A DNA stretch of 64,000 nucleotides, taken from Nemertoderma westbladi. Its lineage: Eukaryota; Animalia; Xenacoelomorpha. How positions within the stretch are numbered: the first letter of the stretch is position 1; each line of letters opens with the position of its first letter. Location of the stretch: the NCBI GenBank assembly GCA_032718475.1, contig JAUCBJ010002695.1, positions 1-64,000 on the forward strand, written 5' to 3'. Made by a program: the position numbers and the translations under genes. The notes beneath the pieces are model-generated. The model was given only the letters and a program-made list of their open reading frames with translations. It made no database searches and was not told the origin of the DNA. This document shows, piece by piece, positions 1-12,614 of this stretch.

Positions 1-1217
1 TCTAGTAAAATCTAAAGTAATCTATAAAGTAAAGTAAACTAACCCCACCTGGATTAAATGGACACCTAGGAACAATACATAGGTTCAACGTGAACGGAAA
101 CAACGGTATGCAGCTTTTAAAGGAATGACATGCAATTTAATATAATAAGACAACATTTTGGATTCTGGAGCCACATGTCCCTGTTAGCCACCGATATTGA
201 AATTTTAAACTTTGGAAATAAACACCAAAAGACAACATATGGTAAAGTTATGAAGCAATTCGAAGCTATTTTTCACTATTCAACTTAATTCCAGAATGGC
301 GCATTTTTGGTGAAATTTTGGAACCTGGAGCCGCATCTTCCCATGACCCATGGGTTCTGAAATTTTAATCATTTAAGTTGTTTACCTAAATGCAACTTTT
401 GGTGGAGTTATGAAAAGATCGGAAGAAAAAAGAATTTTTCAACCCACCCTACTGTATATGGTCATTGATTAGAACTCCAAGAGATTAATTTATATACAGA
501 AGGCCAACTGTTATATAAGGGTGCCCTTATCGTTGTTATATCTTTTGGCATCCAAACATAATCAATATATCCTATAGTAACATCTGGCAAAATTCCCAAT
601 AATTGACTAATATGCTTATTCCAACTGAATCGTAATAGCGAGTCATAAAAACCAATAAATAGACAAGAATTGTATAATACGCACATAAGTACAATAAGTC
701 TATATACCATGATGCATCATTTTTGTTGTTTAAGGTTAATAATGTGCAGTCTAAAATATTTGTAAATTATAAAAACACCCCCAAGAGAGAGGATTAAATA
801 CCACTAATAATTTTATTATGGATATAAATTTGTTATAAATAATAGTACATTTGGGCTGGAATAATTAATTTCGGTTTAAAATTAAATTTAATTAATATTT
901 CTATAATTACATACAAATATGAAATCATAATTAGTTTAATTAACTTTGTTGTATTAAATATTAATATACTAAACAAACAACATTTATTAACAATCATAAT
1001 TAATTTATTTATTAACAATGAGTTGAAAACGTTTTTAATGTATAAAATAAAATAATTAACAAGTTAGGGGCTGCAGCATATTTCATATAGGGAGTCATTA
1101 TTGTCCTTTTAGACAGTATATTCAATACAATATAATGGGAATGTGTTATTTCCGTGTTTATAAATGAATTACAATCATAAATTGTAAAGCAAAAACTAAT
1201 TAAAATCCTATTTAACA

Positions 1218-2543
1218 ATGTCTTTACCTGGTTATACGAAAATGGAAGAAATTCCCCCAAACTCCGAAAAAGATAAAATAATCCCTGACAAGGCAGAAAA
1301 GATTAAATACACACGACACCAAATCATCAACCTCGTTTGTCTATTAACACTGAGCTTCTTTGCGGGAGCGTGTTACGTACTTATGGTTCCATTCTTCCCT
1401 GGTGAAGCCGCCAAACGGGGTGTCAACCTGTTCCAAGTGGGATTAATTTTCGCGATATACCAAATCACAAAGTTTATTACGAGCCCTATATTCGGCGTAC
1501 TACTGGCTTACACGGGCGTGCGAACGCTCTACCTAGTCGGGGTTATATTAGCCGCGGTTTCCACCATCTCGTATGGTTTCCTACACTTTATACACGACGG
1601 TACTGCTTTCTTCTGGTCATGTATGGTGCTGCGGACACTAGAAGGTCTAGGCTCGAGCGCCTATCACACCGCCTCTTTCACAATCATCGCGAGTGACTTC
1701 CCAGATCGATTGTCCACAGTCGTCAGTTTCTGGGAATTAACATCCGGTATTTCCGGGATTCTCGCGCCGCTAATGGGAGCTGGACTTTACGAATTAGGCG
1801 GCTTTCAACTACCATTCTACCTAGTCGGTTCTCTAATGTTATTCCTGTTTATAATACAAGTTTGTATACTTCAAAACCCAGAAACACAAATAGTCGAAAC
1901 CGGCGGCTCTATATGGAGATTGTTTAAGGAGATTCACATTTTATGGGGCCTATCGATTATTTTATGCATTAGCGTTGCTTCCGATTACCTTCTGCCCTTA
2001 GCCGAGCCGTATTTTACGATGAATTATGGACTCGCCCCCATAGCAATCGGTGGTATACTAACAGGGAGCGCGGTTGCCTTCGCATTAAGCGCTCCTATAT
2101 GGGGATTCCTCTCCGATCGTGGACACAAACACATTCTAATTGTAGTCGGCCTATTCGGTACCGGCATGATGGACATGTCCATAGGGCCAGCTCCTTTCCT
2201 CTTGTTAGAACACCATATCGTACTGTCTATCGGCTCAGCACTCATCATGGCTGTGTTCTGGAGTATGACCATGGTCCCGCAGTTTGCAATCCTATTGGAG
2301 GGAGCTGTTGCCGCGGGTTTCCCCGACAACCACGATACATACGGGAAGATGTCTGGAATGTACAACTGTTTGTGGGCGTTAGGGGCCAGTCTGGGCCCAC
2401 TGGTCAGTGGATTGATATCCAAACAGTATGGGCCAGAATGGGCCCTAACTAACTGTGGTTTTCTCATGTTCGGTGCAGGGATGGTATCTGTGATTTATCT
2501 TTCCTGTACCAAATGGATAAAACGAAACGGACATTCCAAATAA
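1218..2543 (+). CDS. SLC18B1: MFS transporter, SLC18B1/vesicular amine transporter-like, single exon
   Basis: Intact 441-aa ORF with about 12 hydrophobic segments. Motifs PFFPGEAAKRG, LRTLEGLG, GLYELGGFQLPF, GFLSDR and GASLGPLVSG are typical of SLC18B1-type MFS proteins. Confidence 0.85.
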   Translation: MSLPGYTKMEEIPPNSEKDKIIPDKAEKIKYTRHQIINLVCLLTLSFFAGACYVLMVPFFPGEAAKRGVNLFQVGLIFAIYQITKFITSPIFGVLLAYTGVRTLYLVGVILAAVSTISYGFLHFIHDGTAFFWSCMVLRTLEGLGSSAYHTASFTIIASDFPDRLSTVVSFWELTSGISGILAPLMGAGLYELGGFQLPFYLVGSLMLFLFIIQVCILQNPETQIVETGGSIWRLFKEIHILWGLSIILCISVASDYLLPLAEPYFTMNYGLAPIAIGGILTGSAVAFALSAPIWGFLSDRGHKHILIVVGLFGTGMMDMSIGPAPFLLLEHHIVLSIGSALIMAVFWSMTMVPQFAILLEGAVAAGFPDNHDTYGKMSGMYNCLWALGASLGPLVSGLISKQYGPEWALTNCGFLMFGAGMVSVIYLSCTKWIKRNGHSK

Positions 2544-3250
2544 CAAAATAGTTAAATTTGTTAATATTTAAAGTTATTCTTATTTTTGTTAGTAAAGCAT
2601 ACTTTTTATTCTGTAATCTATGTACAATTACATAGTAGGAATTTATTAGTGGAAATCATTCATTAACATATTTTTGAAATATAAATTCAAGTCGTTAGGT
2701 ATTGTGTATCATCCAAACTCCACTAAAAAATTTAATTTAATTGAAATCCTAATAAACACGATCTCTCTGGTTACGAATAATGGGAGATATATCATTTGGA
2801 TCAGAACGGTAGAATAACTTTGTGCTGTATCCTGTATGGTATATACTTTGGCTATATTTTGCGGAGGACGAGCGCAACGATTATTGTAATGTAGTATATA
2901 TAATGCTACAGGCGTCAACCTGCCAATCACCACATCCTGTGAGGATGAGTCACGGCGGTTCTACCACGCAGTAGACATAGTGATAGTGGTGAGGGGTGGG
3001 GGTTATTAACAGTTAGTAGTATGGGGGGGGGGGGGGGGGGTATTTTGTTTAACTGTTAGTAGTAGAATAGTGATAGGGAGTGGAAATGTTTGTTAATATT
3101 AGGCGTTTTCTCTGATCGTAATGGTTGTTATCAGGTTAAATGTGTAACCTCTATCTCATATATTGCTCTCGTCATTATTGGTTGATTTTGTATAAGTCAG
3201 TGGGATAGTTGGTCTGTTGCCTGTAGGGGTTGACAGTATGGGAGGATTGG

Positions 3251-5857
3251 GGGACGTTAGTGCCCGCGAGACGTTAGTGCCCGCGGGCACTAATGTCTCA
3301 GGACTTTAGTGCCCGCGAGTCATTAGTGCCCGGGAACCATGTCTGTAAGTGAGACGTTAGTGCCCGCGAGTCATTAGTTCCCGAGGTCCTTGTCTGCAAG
3401 TGAGACGTTAGTGCCCGTGAGTCATTAGTGCCCGAGGAACTTATCTGCAAGTGAGACGTTAGTGCCCGCGAATCATTAGTGCGTGAGGACCTTGTCTGCA
3501 AGTGAGACGTTAGTCCCCGCGAGTCATTAGTCCCTGCACCCCGCACTGAATTTGAAGTTAGTATTAGGCAATCCGTATTTCTTCTTACTTATAACCCATT
3601 CAACCAAAGTCGTCCATTTACATACACTAATTTAATTAATTCCCTAATTTAATTAACTAAAAGTGCTACTTTACTTTTAATTCGTCGACAAAATGTCAGA
3701 CAGTCGACAGTCGAGCATTAATTAATTACTAAAATATATTGGTTAGTGCGTCCTCCGACGATTATACTGTAGTACTGCACCTTGTTTTTTTTATTCACAC
3801 TGTCTCCAGTTAAGTTCAACAAATTAGTATACTCAATCAAAAGTAAGTTACTTATAAACAATCAAACGCTGTTGCTTAATCCTCATTCCTTGAAAACTTT
3901 ACCGCAAAACCAAATAATATAATTGATACCATGTCTAACTGAGGTTAATATATTTTTTAATCATAAAAGACCCAAGTTGAAATTAAAATGTTAAATAACG
4001 AGATGCGGGAACTAAAGACTGGAAATTACCTTATAAGTTTGAAGAAAGTAACGACTCGTTTGCATCATCGGCAGGAACTAAAGAAGCGGGAAATATCTTT
4101 CTGGCCTGTTGTATTTATTACATATAATAACTAAGTCGCTAGACGCGGGCACTAATGTCTCGCGGGGACTAATTTCTCGCGGGCACTAATGTCTCGCGGG
4201 CACTAACGTCTCGCGGGCACTAACATCTCGCGGGACATTAGTGCCCGCGATAATGCGACTAAGTGACCGCGGGGACTAAAGGTACTGAGGTCTTTAAAAT
4301 ACCTGAGTGTTTAAAGCTCATCTATCGCATCATAGTAGACATGTACCGTACAACAAGAGTCCCACAAGAAATGAAAACAAAAAAAGTTGGTGCCAGTTCC
4401 CAAGAAGGGCAACCAACACTCTATGGTTCTTTTCGGGGAATCTCATTGATCTCGATTGCTGCAATGCTATACAATATAATTCTATTAAATCGCATCAGGG
4501 ATCCCCTTGAGAGACTGCTCCGTGGAAATCAGAATGGGTTCCGTAAAGGTCGTGGGACCATGGAGCCCATTTTGGCACTTAGAAGGATAATTGAAGAGTT
4601 ATCAAAAAAGAAAGACAGGCATCTGGCTGTTATCCTTGTTGACTTCTCAAGGCCTTTGATTCGGTCTCTCGCTCACGTATGTTCATCATACTTTCATTAT
4701 ATGGGATTCCTGATGAAATTATTGCAGCAATCAGATCAGTATACGATGGTTCGACAACATTTGTGTCTACTGTTGACGGTGACACAGAACCATTTGAAGT
4801 GTTAGGGGGCGTCCTCCGGGGAGACACACTTGCACCATTCTTGTTCATAATTGTTGTTGACTATGTTCTACGCATGTCCTTAGATCATCATAATGATGAT
4901 GGGGTGATGATAACTCAACCTACTGGCTCCAGAAGTCGAGGAAATCCTGCCAAGTGCCTAACTGATCTAGACTTTGCTGATGACTTAGGAGTACTCTCAG
5001 AATCACTAGAGGGAGCCCAACGGCTCCTCAGCTCATTAGAACATGCTGCTTCTAGTGTTGGTCTTTTTATTAACTCCAGAAAGACCAAAACTTTGACAGT
5101 TAACTTTGAAAGTCCTCAGCAAGTCTCTGATCGGATGAGCATAAGCTCAAAAGATGGTATGCTTGAGCATGTGGATAACTTCTGTTACCTAGGATCATGG
5201 ATCCGGAAGTCAGGTGAGGACCTTCGAATACGTAAGGGAAAGGCATGGGCAGCCTTGAATGGGCTTTCCAGGATTTGGAAGTCACCGAGAATTAATCGGA
5301 AACTTAAGGTCCGGTTATTTAGAGCAGCAGTAGTTCCAGTACTCCTCTTTGGGAGTTCATGCTGGGCTCTAACTGCTGAGGACACCAAATCTCTGGACGG
5401 CACATTCACAAGAATGCTACGCCGGGTTCATTGTGTCAAGTTCAATGCACACATCTCCAACCAGACACTATATAACATTGGAGGTGTCTCATTGGTTCCC
5501 CCAAGCTTGACACTAGAACAAAATCGCCTCCGCTTTGCAGGACATTGCTTTCGCCGTGAGGACCAGCCTGTGCAAAATCTTGTACTTTGGCAGCCTCATG
5601 GAGTGAATAAGCATGGTGGACAGCCCATGACTTTCTTGAGACGCATCTTAAAGGACACTGGCCTTGAAGATGCGGATGATCTAGTAAATCTCATGGGTGA
5701 TATGGAGTTGTGGCGGTGCAATTTTGTCGATAAGCCGGCACAAGCATTCTTAAAAATGCAGCTGCAATGCAGCATGCCGATCCTAGTCTAGTCAAAGGTA
5801 CTGAGACATTAGTGCCCGCGGGCACTAATGTCTCGCGGGCACTAACGTCCCAAGACC
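3251..5857. mobile_element. Non-autonomous foldback/TIR element built of 17-bp modules, interrupted by an RTE LINE
   Basis: 3251-3305 is the near reverse complement of 5795-5853. The modules (TTAGTGCCCGCGAGACG) form 51-bp units at 3300-3540 and recur inverted at 4145-4235. No TSD resolved. Confidence 0.7.
4290..5793 (+). mobile_element. 5'-truncated RTE-clade LINE (RT, frameshifted)
   Basis: PVPKKG/FRGISL, QNGFRKGR, GVLRGDTLAPFLF and DFADD RT motifs. Short TAGTC tail. 12-bp TSD AAAGGTACTGAG at 4278-4289 and 5794-5805. Confidence 0.93.
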
Positions 5858-6460
5858 TATTTGATATTGATGACCCATATCCTGAAGGACCAATAATGCT
5901 GCCCGCCGTGTGGGGAATGGAGAAAAGGCTAATCCTGAGGTCGATTATGAGTGTTTCATTAATGGTGTAGGAATGGGAGCATTGCGTGGTGGTTGGAAAG
6001 TCTGTAATTCCAGAGTCACTGGTGTTTGTTTATTAGTTCATTAGCTGGAGTCATAAATCCACAGTTGACATGTTTATTCATTTTAAAGAAATTTCCCATA
6101 GATGTTGTTGGTTTGTTCTTTTCAGGTTGATGCTTGGTGAATATTCAATATAACAGGGGTTTAATTTTATTTCCATCAATAAAATCGCCTTTTATCAATA
6201 AGATGATAGCAAATGGGGTATCTTTGGGTTGTTGATATTATTATAAATGTAATGAAAAGGCAGTGGTGATTTTTGAGGTGGTATATAGTGAGATGTAATG
6301 GTAATCTGTAATTGGGAATAAGTCTTTAGATGGATTGTTTTGTTGGGTATTTAGTAGAGATATTGTCCGTTATCATTATAAGTATAGAACCTGTATTAAA
6401 TAGTAATAGTATTACTAACTAATCCAATTTTATTCTGTTTTTCTGAAGTTGGGATGGTAG
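5858..6460 (-). pseudogene. Degenerate APE endonuclease remnant of an old LINE (probably continues at about 3100-3250)
   Basis: Minus-strand fragments ITSHYIPP, LIKGDF and DFPT...IIDL occur in APE motif order across stops and frameshifts. Confidence 0.45.
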
Positions 6461-6462
6461 TT

Positions 6463-7050
6463 TGTGTCAAGGCTTTTATGGGAGGCTAACCCCACAGCCG
6501 CCGCAGAGCGAGTTCGTTTGTAGTTCTTATGAGTGCTATCAAGTGCCTTGGGGTACCTGCCACATAGCAGGAACACTCACGAAAGTTTATGTATATAATA
6601 TATATTATCTAATATATATATCTGGTCTGAATGTACAATCAATCACTGTAAGTATATGGCTTCGGCACTTATAAACTGCTTCAAGGGAATAAAGTAACAG
6701 TTACGTGTAAACCGTTCCGTTATGTTGTGTGGTTGGCGAGTAAATGTACGTTTGACTTATATATATTACAGGTAGGACACTATGTTGGACCTAGTGCGTG
6801 GTAAGCGCATAGTTCACTCGTGCTGCATACATAGCATCAGTAGATTATAGTTACCATTTGGGGAATAATATTGCAGTACTATGGACGTACATACTCGCAC
6901 TAAATGAACCGAATCTATTACAGACAGGGCGCAGTCAGCACTAACCGTGTGGAAATCGAGTAGGTGTGATCTCTGGTCGTGTATATTCATCCACAAAGTA
7001 AAGCAATAATAATAACTAATAATAAATGCACGCAACAAGGTGAAATATCA
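6463..7050 (-). mobile_element. Possible 3' LTR of the decayed minus-strand element carrying the exonuclease gene
   Basis: Composition changes abruptly at 6463. The minus strand ends in a hairpin followed by TTGACACA, shares CCCATAAAAGCC with the Bel/Pao LTR and has a TATA-like motif near 6755. The LTR start and PPT were not found. Confidence 0.3.
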
Positions 7051-7876
7051 CAAGTCCTGCTAGCTACATGACTCGTAATGGGCTTAAAATGTTGTCAGGT
7101 TATGCCTGATAATAAATAATGGGATGAACATCGACTATATAAGCACTGCAAGAATAGAACAGCCAATAGAGCACAAGAACATCTTATAATATGGCAACCA
7201 ATAGGGGCTTTAGTGTTACGGCAACGATGCCTTGAAACGGACAAACAATCTTATCAGTGATATACAACATGGATTTGAGACGAATATTATGCGCACAGAA
7301 GTTGAATAGTACTCTGATAAAAATATAAGATTTTGATATGCAGTTAGCGTGTGCAGCAAAACCGTTCCCTAAAATTACGTACAAGTTCAACAATCGTTCT
7401 ATGAATAACACAATATTGAGTTTTTTCGGAAATTTGCATGGAAAAGGGTATATGCAATCTTTCAACGATCAAAGGTAATGTCTATATTAAATACTCGCTA
7501 CATACAATTAAATGCGATAAACAATCTAACTAAATTAAACTAAATTAATTAAGGTAGATCAACTTCCTCATATAAAACAATAAAGTTCGTTGAGTCACTT
7601 CCGGTAGGACTAAACAAGCATTAAACAACCTTTCAAACAACATTAGAGCTTGATTTATTTACAAATATGGTAGGTTGGTAAATTAATCTACGTAAGTAAG
7701 TAAATATTGAGTCATATTATCCTTCAAATATAAAATATATAAATTCGACTAATACATGGAGTTTCACTCTTACAGTAAGAAATACATATTGTTCATTATT
7801 TACAAATATGATAGTTTATAACGTACTTAGCTGTTGACGAATGAGTACAGTGATTTTATAAAGATTGACAGGCTAA

Positions 7877-10800
7877 CTAATAGTAATCTTCTATTATCGC
7901 CTCCGCTTGGGATGTTTGGGGGGTATTTCGCATAAAGAGTCGTTTCCTCTTCTTCGCAGGTGTTTGGGGCGCGGATAACGTCAGGTCATCGCTTGAAAGC
8001 ATCTCATTGGGACCCGGGTGTATATCTACAGCGTCTGGTATCGGTGAAATCGGATGGTTGGTGTATGTCCTGGCGGAGGTGCCGGGCAAGGACAGAAACT
8101 CAACAGGTCTCATTGCGCCCGAGTCGACAGCCGGTTGACGGATCTCTAATCCCGGAGGAGCAGCTAAGCGCTTCCGCATGGCAGCCTGCACTGGTCCGGA
8201 GGGGAAGGTTTGGGTAGCGACACCAAATGGGGGTTGCTTGCCAAGGAAAATTCTTGGAGGCACAGTGTGGAGAACTGGTCTTTCACATTGAGCGTGTTCG
8301 CTGAAAACTCGATGCTGTGGGAGCAGCTCGGGATGTCCTCCAGGAACTGTGGACCATAAAAAATTGAGTCACTAATAAACTTTATTAAATAGTAGGACGT
8401 CGCGCGCTCTGGGTGTATCTCGTGAAGGAAGCGTCGGACGAAGCGGGTGTTCGTGCAGGAAGATACACAGTTGAGGAGCTCGTAACTCTGTAGCCAAGGA
8501 CGCCGAACATCTGTTGCATAGGTGAAGGGGGCAACCGTGTATACTCCGAGGTGAGCTTTCGCTGCTGCGTATTGGGATGTGGTGAGGGCATTGAGATCTG
8601 CGCATCCTTCCCACGATCGAATATATCGGGTGACACTGGTTTCATCTTCTACCTCGATGTCAGGGCCAAAGAGGCAGTTTGGACTTCTGTGTCCCTTGAG
8701 TTGACAATGCTCGCACTGGGTGGCAAAGGCTAGACAGGAGAAGAAGATGTGATCGTCGTTAATGTAGCAGTAGGGACAATAGAGTTTGATGTGACTATCG
8801 GTGAGGCGCTCACAAAGAACTCCAGGTTGGGTGGGAGCCTTGTGTGTGCGAAGACCACAATGCGCACAACAGACATGTTTGCGAAATAACGCATAACAGA
8901 AACCTCGAACCGTGAGCCGCTCAGTCCCGCGATACCAGTCGATTAAGGCTGACTCATTGTTAGGGGCGGGCACGACAGTGGTAGCTACTGAGGTCGCTTC
9001 TAGATGGATTGGTTCCTCCTCTTGGTCGGGGGTGTCCATAACGTCTGTCTGTATTTGTCCAACTGAGAAGCCAGGTTTGAAAATGGGTCTCTCAATCACT
9101 GATTGATGTAGATTGGAAATACATACGTCTCGGAATATGGCAAAGCTGCAGCTGGCCAACTCATCCGCTGCGGAGCGACGTAACTCTTGCTGAGACAGTA
9201 ACTTCACGCGAAACTGACTGTCAATGTTGGCCAAGGGGGTCAGGAAACGCCAAAAGCATTCGAAGTTCAAGAATTTACCAAGTTCATTGAGTTTGGAAAG
9301 TTGTGTTCCCAACAACAATGGGTGTGCTATCAACGTACGGTTACAGACATCCACAAGCCATCCTGATAATGCTTGGTTTTCGAATATGAGGTATATCGCT
9401 AATGAGGGACGCAAGGGGACGCTCATGAAGCTATATACAGCACCGGGGGTGGTGAGTGGTCCTTGAAAGTAATAAGGCGAATATGAATCATCATAAACCT
9501 TGGAATACTTCTCGTGATCAGTCTCTTTGAAATTCCAGCCATACTCTTGAAACACGATGTGGACAGAGTGTAAGCGGATTCAATTCCGCCTCATTACCCA
9601 CCAGAAAATGGGATGGTGGCATTTTAGCAATATGTTGGAGATACTAGTCGAGAGAGTACTAGAGAGTCTAGTAGAGGCTGGCAGCAGAGGGGAAACACTC
9701 CCAGAGAGTGCAAGGGTGACAAGTAGCATATTAGCCAATAGGGGGGAGGAAAGCACATGATAGGGCACAGGACAGCATCCATTAGGTAACAGGCCAAAGT
9801 AGAGTAGAAGGTGAAGCAATATTGGTATATCAATCATATATTACCTCGCATTACCGGTTTGTTAGTCAGTTAGTTAGCTAGTCAGTTTAGTGCAGACCGG
9901 CTAGTCATCATATACTATTACCGGTACCAACATTCATATACTATTATCTCAGTTACCATATTAATTGTGCTATTACATATATTACAACGTCAAGAAACAA
10001 CATCAAACTCTGAATGCTTTTTCTCCAACGGCCTCGGCCAAGCTATCAGTACCATCTTAAAGCCTACGGTGACGCGTATAACAATCTACCCGGTCGGGAT
10101 CTCTGATCCCGTCACACAGAGGACGTACAGTCAACTCTGCTATATGTATTGTTAGCGTTACGTCGATACATGACCCGGAAAAAGCCGCGGGATTGCGCCC
10201 CAGGAAGGATGACTTAGGTGTCAACAAAGGGATATGGTATGTCGTGGAAAATGTGTCGTAAAATCGTCTGTCAAATCCCGATATATGGCTGAACCGAGTT
10301 TATAAATGGATTCTTCTAAGAAAATGTCCAGTATGGGTTGTGGTAATAAAGCTGCGTCTATTCCCATGGCCGGGTGTCGATTCATATCGTTAACGTAAGC
10401 CTCTGCTTTAACAAACTGTTGATGTCTCGCCTGGCGTTTATAGGTGGTCAAGGCTGGGAAAACACTGTTGGTACCGCAACAAGTATGCGTAAAAACGTGT
10501 GTGGCTCCGAGTCCGAATCAACCGAGTTGAACTGAGCTCATGATCTGGCACTGAGCCTTCATTGTCATAAATCATGACACCGTAGCTATGAATAGCATTG
10601 ACTGTATGTAACCATTCAGCGTTAGCCACTTAGGTGGTCAGTTCTACTGGTTTCCATAGAGTATCTAACGAACGGGGTTCTCCACGCGCTATGGATTCAT
10701 AGCTAGGCATCTCATTAGTATTTGCATTTAGTTCGATATATTTCAAATCATACTCCAGGAAAGTTATATCTAAGTTCCAGTGTACGAGGCGACAGTAATC

Positions 10801-12457
10801 CATAAATGTCTTCAAGTTAAAGGGTGGACGTGAACTGGCTTCTATTGTTACTATGTTATAAGGTTTCTTAAATGAGTTTAATTTCACCAAATAATCCATA
10901 TGTTGATGCAAAGCCTCCAGTTCTACGAGGTCCAAAGGGTTCACCAATGGTAAGAATCGCATATCCCATCCAGGGTATTCTGGTTGTATGACGTAGTGTT
11001 GGTTAAGCATCACAAACCGAGGATGGTCTTTGATTCCGTAGAAGGGATAATGTAACGGACGACGCACTACATTTATTCCGTGGACCATTTCCCGAATTAC
11101 GTCGGCTCGAGTGCAAGAAGGGGGAACTAATTCACCATCTACATGTAACGGTTCCAGGGTAGGCATCTTTAGCATCGGAACATCGGCGATAGCACAAGTT
11201 GTTTCAGCGGGCTAGCCGAAGATGCACGGTTGCTTGGTACCGAAGACCTTGTGCTGCATGGAAAGGTGAACGTAACATTTAGGTTGAAAACCTTCCATCA
11301 ATGATTGGACATAAGGTTGATGGTAGACGGTGAGGTCGGCATCCTCCAACTCTATCGCTTATTCCTCACAAAGTTCTTCCTCTCTAGCCTCAGCTTGAAG
11401 ATTGGAAAGGAAATCTAAGAAGGATTGTAGGTCTACTTCAGCGATACGAGCTCTCAATGTATGAATTTCTGGTTGGAACGGAGTGTTGTCCATAGCCTCC
11501 AACTAAGCGAGTTCTGTTAACAAGGTACCAGATGGAGTCGTGGATAGACGTGCATGGATACCAGCTAAACTAGACGACATTATCAGCTGGGTGGTTTCAT
11601 CGCGGGGGGGGGGGGGTATGACTACACCTGGTGTCAACAGTTCACCTGGCGTCACGGCTCGGCATGTCCCAACTCCTCTTCCAAATCCGGGTGGAATTAA
11701 GGGTGTTATCACCAGTTCCTCTCGAGGGATCAGTTGGTCCGGTAGGATCATGTCACGGTATTCTGAGTAATCTTCATCTAAAGGGCCAAAATCCTGGGGA
11801 AGAACTGGAGAAGGTTAACTTTCGGAGCCGGGGGTCTCACTGAGAACCGTAGGACATCAATGGGTAAATGCTCCATTTTACATAATTTCTTTATGACTCG
11901 TTCATCTACCGAATAAATCGCGTTTGTATCCTCCATACATTGAAACGCATGTAACTATGTTTAGGGCAACGTTCACGGGGGTGATTAAACTGTCGACCCC
12001 ATCGTGTATGGTCATCATGGTTTACTTGTTGGTTAGGGTGTGGAAAGTCGTCACAGTAATACCATAATCCTGGCGACTTACGTGTGGAGATTGGGAACCA
12101 GTTTTGCAATACTCCTAAAAAGCATCGAAACGATCCGGCAACACGGGTAAAGGTCTAGCTGTGGTTAGGTACATCATCGTGTGGTACAAACACTTAATTC
12201 CTGGTGTCGCTTGGATGTCCAGATATAACGAATGGCTTATATGATTCATAAATATTGGTGTATCTGTTCGTGAAGGCGCGATAATGAAGTCGATCTGATA
12301 TCTCTACGGGGGGCATTAGCGGCTCCGTATACTGCTGTGGTGCACCGGGTGTCAATAGATCCTCCATCATCTCTCTCATACCTCGGCGATATTCCTCTGA
12401 AAGTTGTTGTTGCTGCGTATCGATATTGTCTATTGAATCGTTTTTGGAAGTTTCCAT
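7877..12457 (-). pseudogene. Large disrupted accessory ORF: DEDDy-like exonuclease plus three CCHC knuckles
   Basis: ORF pieces 12457-12194, 12109-11906, 11751-11503, 11175-10630, 10629-10438, 10451-10221 and 9555-8164 are collinear. Removing the solo LTR restores the frame (...VDCTSSVHIVFQEY...). Motifs YDNEG, KLGSAIYRD, FVDT, YLIFEN and three Cys/His knuckles match the 47640-49957 ORF. Confidence 0.75.
9569..10116 (+). mobile_element. Solo LTR related to the Bel/Pao LTRs at 34383 and 50756
   Basis: TG...CA ends; starts TGTAAGCGGATTCAATTCCGC and ends GATCCCGTCACA like the Bel/Pao LTR. 5-bp TSD CAGAG at 9564-9568 and 10117-10121. Confidence 0.92.
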
Positions 12458-12614
12458 TATTGTTATTGTAAATAAGCAAATATATTAATAATCCAGCAGA
12501 AGTGAACCAGTGAGCCAATGAGTCGATAATTATTATGGTTATTTGAGTTCATATAGGGCCGGCAGTGCAAGCCGCCCTTTATCCCCAGCCCAACACGGAC
12601 CCGAGCTGCCCCTG

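Noticed and set aside
6520-6590. Hammerhead ribozyme or SECIS-like fold (CTTATGAGTG...CACGAAA)
   Set aside because: The core deviates from CUGANGA, no convincing stems I and III were found, and no selenoprotein ORF is linked. It is more simply an LTR hairpin.
7184-7465. 93-aa hydrophobic minus-strand ORF as a further accessory gene
   Set aside because: It is short, has a non-ATG start, and shows no recognisable motif or counterpart in the Bel/Pao element.
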